A DNA stretch of 64,000 nt from Myxococcales bacterium. Its GTDB lineage: Bacteria > Myxococcota_A > Polyangia > Polyangiales > Ga0077539. Each line of letters opens with the position of its first letter. Positions within the stretch are counted from its first letter, which is position 1. Of this stretch, positions 8,793 through 17,800 are shown piece by piece. The stretch spans positions 11,320 through 75,319 of the forward strand of contig JAAFIF010000016.1 of NCBI GenBank assembly GCA_013298625.1, read 5' to 3'. A program made the position numbers and the translations under genes. The notes beneath the pieces are model-generated. The model ran no database searches. It was not told the origin of the DNA and saw nothing but the letters and a program-made list of their open reading frames with translations.

Positions 8793-9095
8793 ATGACGCT
8801 CGCCGCATCACTCTCGCGAAGCGACGACGACCTCGCGCAGCGCATCGCCGCCGCCGTCGTGAGCCACTTTCACGACCTTCGTCTCACGCGCGTGATCGCG
8901 CGCCTCGACCTCGATTGGTCCGGCGACGAGGCGGTGTACTTTCGCCTCGTCACGGACCGTGCGCCGACGTCGGCGCAGCTCGCGCCGGTCCGCGACTACG
9001 TGCAGCAGCGCGTCCATGCGGAGGGGTTGCAGCGCATTCCGTACGTCTCGGTGGTGCTCGCGTCCGAGCTCGACGAGCACGATCGAGCCCTCTGA
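8793..9095 (+). CDS. small hypothetical protein, about 100 aa
   Basis: This is the tail of track ORF 8415..9095. Candidate ATG starts are at 8778 or 8793. The stop lies 3 nt from the convergent hsdR stop. No recognisable motif. Confidence 0.45.
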   Translation: MTLAASLSRSDDDLAQRIAAAVVSHFHDLRLTRVIARLDLDWSGDEAVYFRLVTDRAPTSAQLAPVRDYVQQRVHAEGLQRIPYVSVVLASELDEHDRAL

Positions 9096-9098
9096 CGC

Positions 9099-12000
9099 TC
9101 AGCCAGCCTGCTGCCAGATGCGCTCGTGCAGCTCGCTGAGCACCTCGGCCAGCCGCCCGTCGAACCGCTTGTCCAAGACCGCGAACCCGCCGTCGCGCGC
9201 GAACTGGCCGCTCTCGAGGGCCTCGCGGTCCACGATCACCTCGAGCTTCACCTGCGCCGCGATCTTCGTGAGCCACTTGCGCTGGTGCTCGGTCCACGGG
9301 CGCGAGGCGAGCAGCGCCTTCAGCGCCCGATCGACGCGCTCTTCGTATGCGATCAGCGCGTCGCCCACCGCCCGCTGTCGCACGAAGCCCACGAGCCGCG
9401 CCGTCACGTCCACGTTGCTCACCGCGCGCGTCGCCGCTTGCAGCGCGCGCTCGTCGAAGCCGCCCCCTTCGAGCGCCGTCGCCAACGCGCGCAGATCCGC
9501 GCGGGTCAGGTCGCGCGGCCGCGTCGCCAGGATGCGCAGCGCGTCGACGCGGTTGCGATTGTCACGCACGAAGGCCTCGAACGCGTGCAGGTAGTCGTCC
9601 GGCGAGCGACCGCCGAAGTCCTGCCAGACCGCGGTGACCGTGTCCTCGCCCTTGTGAATCACCTTGCGACGGTCCCCGCCCGCCCGCGGCGCGTCGAGCC
9701 ACGCGATCAGCTCGGGGCGATCGACGAGCCAGCGCACGAAGTCCTCGCCGCTCGCGTCGTCCAGCGCGGATAGCGTCGCGCGCACCGGCTCTCCCGACAG
9801 CCCCTCGAACTCGTCCGCGAACGTCCGCTCGATCTGCGCGCGCTTGCGCCGCAGCTTGCGCGCGAAGTCCTCGCGCAGCGAGTCGCGGTAGCGCTCGCTC
9901 GTCCCTGGTTCGAGCGCCATGGTGGCGAGGTCCCGAAACGATCGCTTGGGGACGACCGCCGTCGGCCGCATGTCCGTCGCGTCGCCCACGAGCTCGCACT
10001 GCGAGACCGCGTCGAAGATGCGAAAGCACTCCTTGCTGATCTCGGGGCACAGCCGCGTCGCGCGCCCCAGCATTTGCTCGTACAGAATGCGGCTCTTCAC
10101 GCGCCGCAAGAACACCAGGTTGCAGATCGACGGGACGTCTACGCCCGTGGTGAGCAGGTCCACGGTCACCGCGATCGAGGGCATCCGCTCGTTGCGAAAC
10201 CGCCGAATGAGCTGGTCATACTTGTCTGAGCGCCCGGTGATCTTGAGCACGCACTCGTCGTCGACGCCGCCGAGCTGCGCGTCGAGCGCTTCTTTGAGCA
10301 GCCGCACGACCAGATCCGCGTGGCGATCATCCACGCAGAACACCAGGGTCTTGTCGGGCAGCACCGGGTCGATCCGCGTCGCCAACTCGGCGCACACCGC
10401 GCGGTTGAACCCTTCGGTGAGCACAGCGCGGTTGAAGTCGTCGACGTCGAAGCGTAGCTCGTCGGGCGCCTCGGTCGTCGCCGTCGCGTGCGTGACAGGA
10501 TCGTACGTGTCGATCGTCTCGCCGACCTTGAAGGTGATCCCCGCCCGCGACAGCTCGGTCTCGATGCGATACGGCGGCTCTTGCGGAGAGAGAAATCCCT
10601 CGGCGACGGCCTCGGTGTACGAGTAGCGAAACACCGGCGCGCCGAAGATCTCTGCCGTGTGCAGCGCGGGCGTGGCGGTCAGCCCGACCACCACGGCGTC
10701 GAAGCGCTCGATCACCCTGCGGTACTTCGAGACGTATTCGCTGAGGTCTTCGAAGGCGAGCTCGTCTTCGGTCGCCTCGCGATCGAGGGTGTAGCCCCGG
10801 TGGCACTCGTCGACGATCACGAGGTCGTACGCGTCGACCGCGGGCGCGTCGCGGTCGTCGTCCATCACCCGCTTCATGAGGGATTGGATCGTCGCGACGT
10901 GGACGTTGGTCTCTTTCGCGGGCTTTCGTCGGTCGAGCCCGGCGATGTTGTAGACCTCCCCCAAGGTGCGGCCTCCCAACATGCGCGAGGACGCGAAGGC
11001 CTCGGCGGTCTGGTCTCCGAGCGAGCGACGGTCGACGATGAAGAGCGCTCGACGAAAGCGCCGCGCTTCGAGCGCGCGATGGAGCAGGGCGGTGGCCGTG
11101 CGGGTCTTTCCTGTTCCCGTGGCCATCGCGAGGAGCATGCGACGGCGGCCGTCGAGCACCGCGTGCTCGAACGCGAGGATGGCGCTGCGTTGATAGGGCC
11201 GCAGGTCGAGTCGATCGAACGAGGCGTCGCGCAAGAGCGCGTCGGCGCGCGGGACGTCCTCGGACAAGCGCGCTTCGAGCCCCTCGGGCGAGACGAAGCC
11301 TTGCATCGCGCGCGCGTGATTCGTCGCGGCGCGCACGTCCAAGAACCACACTCCGCTCTCTTCTTCGAGCTGCGCGAGGTACGGCCGCCCGTTGCTCGCC
11401 AACAAGTACGGAACGCGGTGCTCTCTCCACGGCGCCCCCTCCACCAGCGCAGCCGCGCCGGGCTGAAAGTCCTTCGCGTAGCGCCGCGCCTGCTCGATCG
11501 CGCCCGAGACGTTGCGGTTGTCGCGCTTGGCCTCGATCACGGCTACCGCGCGGGTCCCGAGAAACAGCGCGTAGTCCGCGGGGCCGCTGGCCGTGGGCCA
11601 TTCAGCGATGGCGCGGTTGGTTCCGCTCTCGGGGCGCGCGCCGTCGGGGTAGCGAAGCAGCGTCGAGTCCGCCTCCCAGCCCGCCGCGCGGAGCTGGCTG
11701 TCGATGTCCCGACGGACGTCTTCTTCGCTTCGGACGAGGCTGCGCGCGGCTTCGTCCGAGCGCGCCAGAAAGGTTGCGATGGCCTCGCGCGGGTCCGTCG
11801 CGCGCGCGCGGGCTTCGTCCGCGAGCCGCAGGGCGTCGGCGAGGCTCGCTTCGAGCAGGCGCTTCTCTTCTTCGAGCCGCTCGCGCAGCCGCGACTCATC
11901 GAGCCGCCTCGCCTCCAGCGCGGTCAGCGACGCTTCGAGCGCGCGCACTTCGTCATCGGGGTCCGGCGGAACGCGAAACGTCGGCGCCACGAACGTCCGA

Positions 12001-12395
12001 TCGAAGCACGTCCGCTCGAACCACACGCACAGCGCCAGCGCGTCGCGCAGCGCCGAGAGCGCGTCGCTCGATTGCCCGTCGTACCGATGAGCGGCGTCGT
12101 TTCCGAGCTTTCGAATGCGATGAAAGATCGCGATCACATCGGGCGCGACCCGGCCGCCTTCGAGTCGATCGAGCACGTCGGCGAGGTTCTTGAGCAGCGC
12201 CGGGTTGATCCCGAGCCGCGCGGCGGCGTTGCGGCCCAAGAACTCCGAGGCCGTTCGCAGCCGAAACAGGCACGCCGGCGGGTCCCGTCGATAGTCTCGC
12301 TCAGCGTTCGCCAGCAGCGACTCGAGCTCCGATGATCGCGCGGCCACGAATCCGAAATTGAGAGACTTACCCGGAGCTCCGCTGGTCTTCCCCAT
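9099..12395 (-). CDS. hsdR: type I restriction enzyme R subunit HsdR (EcoEI-like C-terminus) with an N-terminal DUF4145/HEPN-like extension
   Basis: ATG at 12395 (alternative TTG at 12398). N-terminus 'FHRIRKLGNDAAHRY' (DUF4145-type). Nuclease core 'DYALFLGTRAVAVIEAKRD'. Helicase motifs 'LLAMATGTGKTRTA', 'VIVDECHRG', 'GLTATPA', 'QMLGRATR'. C-terminal 'DDYLHAFEAFVRDNRNRVDALRILATRPRDLTRADL' resembles the EcoEI R C-terminal domain. Confidence 0.92.
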   Translation of the reverse strand: MGKTSGAPGKSLNFGFVAARSSELESLLANAERDYRRDPPACLFRLRTASEFLGRNAAARLGINPALLKNLADVLDRLEGGRVAPDVIAIFHRIRKLGNDAAHRYDGQSSDALSALRDALALCVWFERTCFDRTFVAPTFRVPPDPDDEVRALEASLTALEARRLDESRLRERLEEEKRLLEASLADALRLADEARARATDPREAIATFLARSDEAARSLVRSEEDVRRDIDSQLRAAGWEADSTLLRYPDGARPESGTNRAIAEWPTASGPADYALFLGTRAVAVIEAKRDNRNVSGAIEQARRYAKDFQPGAAALVEGAPWREHRVPYLLASNGRPYLAQLEEESGVWFLDVRAATNHARAMQGFVSPEGLEARLSEDVPRADALLRDASFDRLDLRPYQRSAILAFEHAVLDGRRRMLLAMATGTGKTRTATALLHRALEARRFRRALFIVDRRSLGDQTAEAFASSRMLGGRTLGEVYNIAGLDRRKPAKETNVHVATIQSLMKRVMDDDRDAPAVDAYDLVIVDECHRGYTLDREATEDELAFEDLSEYVSKYRRVIERFDAVVVGLTATPALHTAEIFGAPVFRYSYTEAVAEGFLSPQEPPYRIETELSRAGITFKVGETIDTYDPVTHATATTEAPDELRFDVDDFNRAVLTEGFNRAVCAELATRIDPVLPDKTLVFCVDDRHADLVVRLLKEALDAQLGGVDDECVLKITGRSDKYDQLIRRFRNERMPSIAVTVDLLTTGVDVPSICNLVFLRRVKSRILYEQMLGRATRLCPEISKECFRIFDAVSQCELVGDATDMRPTAVVPKRSFRDLATMALEPGTSERYRDSLREDFARKLRRKRAQIERTFADEFEGLSGEPVRATLSALDDASGEDFVRWLVDRPELIAWLDAPRAGGDRRKVIHKGEDTVTAVWQDFGGRSPDDYLHAFEAFVRDNRNRVDALRILATRPRDLTRADLRALATALEGGGFDERALQAATRAVSNVDVTARLVGFVRQRAVGDALIAYEERVDRALKALLASRPWTEHQRKWLTKIAAQVKLEVIVDREALESGQFARDGGFAVLDKRFDGRLAEVLSELHERIWQQAG

Positions 12396-12479
12396 CAAGT
12401 GTTGAATGAAAGGTTAGGGCATTCGACGGCGGTCGGTCGAGCCATTCGCGCGCCGCGCCCTGCGATGGCTCCTCGCCGC

Positions 12480-13883
12480 TCACACGTCTCCCTCGCAGCG
12501 GCACACGAACGGGTCCATGCGCACCGCGCGATTGCACCGGCGTGTTCCGGTCGCGCACGGCGGCCCGAGCGCGCAGCTGTTGCCGCAGAAGCCGCAGTTG
12601 TCTTCGCTCGACAGGTCGGTTTCGCATCCGTTGGCGGGTTCACCGTCGCAGTTTGCGAAGTCCGGTCGGCAGCTCAACCTGCACGCGCCGTCCGTGCACG
12701 TTCCTCCGACCGCGTTGGCCGAGGCGCCGCACGCGCGATTGCACGCTCCGCAGTGCATCGCGCTCGACCTCGTGTCGACCTCGCAGCCGTTGGCCGGATT
12801 GCCGTCGCAGTCCGCGAATCCCGCAGTACAGGTGAGCCGACACGCGCCGCTCACGCACGTCGCGCTCGCGACGCGCTCGCCCATGCACGAACGCCCGCAC
12901 ATCCCGCAGTCCGTGATGGTGTTCAGCTGCGCTTCGCAGCCGTTGCGACCGTTGCCGTCGCAGTTGCCGAAGCCCGCGTTGCACGTAGAGACGGTACAAA
13001 CGCGCGTCACGCAGCTGCCCCCCATCGCGTTGGCGAAGTTGCACGGCATGTTGCAGCCCCCGCAGTGAAGCGTCGACGAGTTGGTGTCGACGCACGCTGC
13101 GCCGCAGCGCTCATTGGGAGCGGTGCAGGCGTCTTGGGCGACGCACGACCAGGTCATCATGTCCCTGTCGAACGCACACACCGGAGTGCCTCCGCTGCAG
13201 ACTGTTCCGCAATCGCCGCAGTTCGTGCCGGTGCCAAGCGACTCGCAGCCGTTGCTGGCGTTGCTGTCACAGTTGTCGTAGCCGCTCGCGCAACGCAACG
13301 AGTCGCACCGACCCGCGGTGCATCCGCGCACTGCGTTAGGCAGCGAGGGGCACACGTTGCCGCAGCGCCCGCAGTGATCGACGTTGTTGGAAGTCTGCAC
13401 GCACTGATCCCCGCAGCGCGTCTGTCCCGCGGGGCAGTCGTTTACGCACATCCCCGCGACGCACACCATTCCTGCAGTGCACGCGTTGCCGCAGCGGCCG
13501 CAGTGCGCAGTGGACTCGCTCGTGCGCGTCTCGCAGCCGTTGCTCGCGTCGCTGTCGCAGTTGCCGAAACCCGCCACGCACGCACCCACGACGCACTGGC
13601 CGTTGCCACACCTCGCCGTCGCGCTCGGCAACGCGCACTCCGTGCCGCAACGACCGCAGTTCACGACGCTCTCGGGCGTCTCGCACCCGTTGCTGCGGTC
13701 TCCGTCGCAGTCGAGCCTTCCGGCCGCGCAGCCGGTGCCGCTGTCCGTGCTCGCATCAGCGCTCGCATCGACGCTGACGCTCCCGTCGCGCTTGATGCCT
13801 CCGTCGAACGTCGGCTTCTCGTACAGCGTGCACGCCGAGAGCGCTGTCAGCAGCGCGCAGGACACCCATCGTGAAGCGCTCAT
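12480..13883 (-). CDS. secreted Cys-rich repeat lipoprotein
   Basis: Trimmed to the ATG at 13883 (MSASRWVSCALLTALSAC, lipobox). Six modules 'C-D-x4-NGCE-x6-9-CGxCGxxC' plus two variant modules. The start overlaps the upstream stop (TGATG). Confidence 0.8.
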   Translation of the reverse strand: MSASRWVSCALLTALSACTLYEKPTFDGGIKRDGSVSVDASADASTDSGTGCAAGRLDCDGDRSNGCETPESVVNCGRCGTECALPSATARCGNGQCVVGACVAGFGNCDSDASNGCETRTSESTAHCGRCGNACTAGMVCVAGMCVNDCPAGQTRCGDQCVQTSNNVDHCGRCGNVCPSLPNAVRGCTAGRCDSLRCASGYDNCDSNASNGCESLGTGTNCGDCGTVCSGGTPVCAFDRDMMTWSCVAQDACTAPNERCGAACVDTNSSTLHCGGCNMPCNFANAMGGSCVTRVCTVSTCNAGFGNCDGNGRNGCEAQLNTITDCGMCGRSCMGERVASATCVSGACRLTCTAGFADCDGNPANGCEVDTRSSAMHCGACNRACGASANAVGGTCTDGACRLSCRPDFANCDGEPANGCETDLSSEDNCGFCGNSCALGPPCATGTRRCNRAVRMDPFVCRCEGDV

Positions 13884-14704
13884 CAGAATGCTCCTCCCAT
13901 CACCAACGTCGTCCCGTTCGCCGAAGGAACCACCGCCACGCTCGTCCGCGTCGCCGCGCGCGGCCGCGTGACCGCGACCGCGACGCCTCCGGCGATGCCG
14001 AGGGCCACGGCCCCTGCGCCCAAGCCAAACATCAACCCGCCGCCGATGCTCGCGGTGTTGTACGTGCCCTCTTCGCTCGGCGGACAGTCGAGCCGACCGC
14101 CGATCGCGACGCAGCCGGACGCGCCCGTGTCGAACAGCCGCGCCGAGTTGACCGCGTACAGCGCCGCTCCCACGCCCGCGCCGACCGCGAGCGCCGCGCT
14201 CGTCCCGACGAGCGCCCACGGCCACGCAGGAGCGCGCTGCGGCGGTTCGATCGGCGGCTGAACGACCCGCGCGCGTCGCTCTCGCTCGATGCGCTCTTGC
14301 TCTGCCCGCTGCGCTTGCTGCGCGGTCTCTGCGGCGAGCTCACGGTCCGCGTCGGCGATCATGCGCTCGCACGTCGGCCGCGTCGGCGTCTCGCGCACGG
14401 CGTCGAGAAAATTGCGCAGCGCGCGCCTCCCCTCGGCCCAGTGCCGCAGCTGAATGTGCATCCGCCCGATGTTGAAGAGCACCACGGGGTCGTGCCCCTC
14501 GGTGTACGCCTGCTGGTAGAGCGTGAGGGCCGTCGCGTAGTCCGTCGCTTCTTGCGCGGCGTCCGCGCGGCGAAGCAGCGACTCGACGGCGCTCTCTTGC
14601 CGTGTTGGTGTGCGCTGCGCGTGCGCCGTGCGCGCGCTGCAAATCGAGAGCGCCGCGGCGGCTGCGACGACGAGCGATCGGTGGGTGCGGGGTGTGCGAT
14701 CCAT
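13883..14704 (-). CDS. secreted/membrane protein with a TPR-like segment and a Gly/Ala-rich C-terminal TM region
   Basis: Trimmed to the ATG at 14704 (MDRTPRTHRSLVVAAAAALSICSARTAHA, signal peptide). 'YATALTLYQQAY...VLFNIGRMHIQL' is TPR-like. The hydrophobic stretch is 'WPWALVGTSAALAVGAGVGAALY'. Confidence 0.7.
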   Translation of the reverse strand: MDRTPRTHRSLVVAAAAALSICSARTAHAQRTPTRQESAVESLLRRADAAQEATDYATALTLYQQAYTEGHDPVVLFNIGRMHIQLRHWAEGRRALRNFLDAVRETPTRPTCERMIADADRELAAETAQQAQRAEQERIERERRARVVQPPIEPPQRAPAWPWALVGTSAALAVGAGVGAALYAVNSARLFDTGASGCVAIGGRLDCPPSEEGTYNTASIGGGLMFGLGAGAVALGIAGGVAVAVTRPRAATRTSVAVVPSANGTTLVMGGAF

Positions 14705-14854
14705 GAAGACTGCGTTTCTCTGCGGTTCTGCGCCGTCTCGACCGAGGCCGTCGCGGTGAGTCATCCTGGAGTGTACCGCGATCGCCCGTCGAAATAGGCC
14801 ATTTCTGCGCGATCGCCCCCCTCGGCGACCGAAGCTGAAATGAGCGCGCGCGGT

Positions 14855-17800
14855 TCAACCTGCGACGGACTCGACCAGCGCTTGCAAGACGCGCATCTCG
14901 TCGGCGTCCGTGAATCGCTGCACGGCGCGGTTCATCTCGCCCAGCACTGCCACCGCGTACACCCTGTGCGCGCGTCGCGCGTCGGGGCTCGTCAGCAGCG
15001 AAGCGCCGACCGAGTGGCGCGTGTACACCGTCGCGGTCGCGGTGCTCGACTCGTAGCTCGCGAGCACGCCTGGGGCTCGCTCGTCGCTGACGCGAACGGC
15101 GCTGAGGTCTCGCTCGACCACGCCGTGAGAGCGAAGAAGCTCGAGCACGTGGTCGGCCAGCGTGAGCTCGCGCGGCGCGGCCTTGGGCTTGTCCTTGCGC
15201 GGCTCGTCGGCGGGCTGCTTGCGCTGCGGAGTCGCTGCGGTTTGCGCGGGGACGGCGGGCGCGGGCTGCGGCGCCACGGGCGCGGCTGCGGCGGGCTCCG
15301 CGGGCTCAACGCGAGCAGGCGAGGCGGCGTGCACGAGCGCGAGCTCTTCGAGCACTTGAAACCATCGCTGCGTCGATCGCTGAACGACGAAGCGCTCTTG
15401 CGCGGATCGCGCGTCCCCTTCTGGGCAGAGCTCGAGGATGTTGCCCTCGGCGAGGTGCGCTTCGAGCCGCGCGAACGTCGTGCACGAATCGGGGAGCAAT
15501 CGATCCGCGGCCCACTTCTTCAGCGCGTTGGTGTCGAGAGCGCGCGCGGCGGCGGCGTAGGCGAGGTGCGCATAGACGAGCTCGGACGACGCGGTCTTCG
15601 ACGCGATGAGCTGGCCGAGCATCGCGCGGTACGACCACCGAGCGAGCTCGACGACCTGGTGGGCGATGGTCACGTCGGCGGCTGTTCCGTGGTTGAACCA
15701 GAGCTGGCCGCCGATCGGGAGCGAGTCGACCCGAGAGGTCTGAACGGCGCCGCGCGTGTCGTGCATGCGCAGCGTGCTCTCGCCGGGCTCGCGCACGTCG
15801 ATGCGGCCTGGCTCGAGCGGGTCGGCGAGCAGCCACAGAACGCCGATCGCCCGCGTGGCTCCGCCGCGGATCGAAGGGCTGCCCGCGCTGTTGGTGCGCA
15901 CCATCGCGAGGGCGCTCGGCGGCGCGACGAAGTGCGCGTCGATCGCCGCGCGCACGAGCTCGGCGACCCGCGCGCGCGTGCGGTGAAACGCCGAGTCCTC
16001 GACGGGCGCGGTCTCGCTGCGGTTCGGCTTGAGCTCTCCCACTTCGATCGCCACGAGCGCAGGCCAAGGCGAGCCCGTCTCGGTCTCGCCGAGCGGCTTG
16101 CGCCCTTGCCAGAGAAACACCTTCGCGACCGGCGCTGCCCGCGAGGGCATGAGCAGAACCTCTCCCTCGAAATCGTGCTCTTTGATCGTCAGCGGGTAGG
16201 CCGGCGTGTTGGCCGGGACGCTCTGCCGCACGACGATGGTCTTGGCCGGCGCGAGCTTTCGTCGCGCGATCGCCTGCTGCTCTTCGTGAAGGGCGTCCGT
16301 GTAGTCGAGCGGGACGCGCGCCCCGGTGATCCACGGGGCCTCGGCCTCGCTCAGCCGAAGCACGCGCCGCCCGCTGTCGAGCGGCTCGAGGGGGACGCCG
16401 CTCGTGTTCTTCGTGTACGCGACGTTGCCGAACTTCGCTTGCTGCTCGTCGATGTCTGCCAGGGTCATCGCAGCGCCGAGCGAGTCGAAGAAGGCCTTTC
16501 GCTCGCGCAGAGACTTGATGTTGCTCGGGCCCTGCAACAGCGCCCAGCGCTGCGCTGGCAGCGACCACGCCGGCAGCTCGTCGCCTTTGCGCATCGCTTC
16601 GGTGAGCAATTTTCGGGCGATTCCGACGATCCGCTGCGCGAGCGCGTCGGGAAACTCCCCTTTGCGCGCCTGCTCTTCGCTGAGCGCCGACGTCTCGATC
16701 GCGACCGAAATCGCGATGGGCGAGGGCGCCTCGATCAGCCGCACCGCCTGCGCGTGCAGAAACAAATGAACCAAGAGCTTGTTCGCTCCCGACGTCGTCA
16801 CCCGCAGCTCGCCCACGCCGAGCTTGGGCTCGACGTCTTCGATGCGACAGCGAAGCGCCGCCGACGGAGCGCTCCCCGCGAGGGCGATGTTCTCCTTTGC
16901 GCTGCGCAGGAGCCGCCTCGTTCGCTGCAGCCGGTCGAAGTCTTCCGTCGCGTCGCGAGGCGCCAGCGTGGTCGTGAACTCGAGCGTGCGAAGCACCGCG
17001 CGACGAAACTCTTGCGCGGCCTCGCGCTTGTCCGTCGGCCCGTCGGGCAGCGGCTCGAGGTAGGCGGCGATCGGGTCCGTCTCGCCGTCGGGCGCGGGGA
17101 TCCACCCGTCGAACTCCCGCGAGACGTAGAGCACTCTGCCCTTTCCGTGCACCGCGCACTGCTCGGCGCTCGCGAGCCCCGAAGGGATCGCCTTCCACAG
17201 CACCGCGCGGCCCACGCGCGCGCGCAGCTTGTCGTCCACTCTGCCTGCGTCCCCGCAGAACGCCGCGACCAACGCGCGCACCGACGCTCCTGGATCGCTC
17301 GCGCCGCTCGCGTCCTTGCACACCTCTTCGACGAGCTTGCGAAGAGCCCTCTTGCTCGCGATGGTGAGCGTCGCGAGCCCCGCGGACGTGAGCCCGTCGA
17401 GGGTCGCGTTGAGGGCTTTCTCCGGGGCCGCGAAGCGCACGCGAAAGACCACAGGGCAGCTCATCAGGTCGGTGCCCGTCACCTCGCCGGCCACCGCGAC
17501 GCGATCGCGAACGATCACCTGGTACCGCGCCCGGCCGGGCGTCGGCAGAAGCCCCATGGCGCACTCGTAGTGCTCTTGCTGGACCGTGACCGTCGAGCTC
17601 ACGCGAAACTCGCTCAGGTCTGCGAAATTGACGGTGGACTGCCGCTCGAACGCCTCGAGCGCCAGCCGCGTCTTGCGCACCTCTCGCCGCTGCGGAACCA
17701 CCGAGTCCGCCGCGATGAGCTTCGCGCCGATGCCGACCGCGAGCGCCGCTTCGAACTCTCCGCGCGAGACCACCAGGGGTTCGAAGTCGTCGTCGTAGTC

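Noticed and set aside
12399-13874. 491-aa plus-strand ORF
   Set aside because: It is antisense to the Cys-rich lipoprotein gene, whose regular Cys module pattern identifies the true frame.
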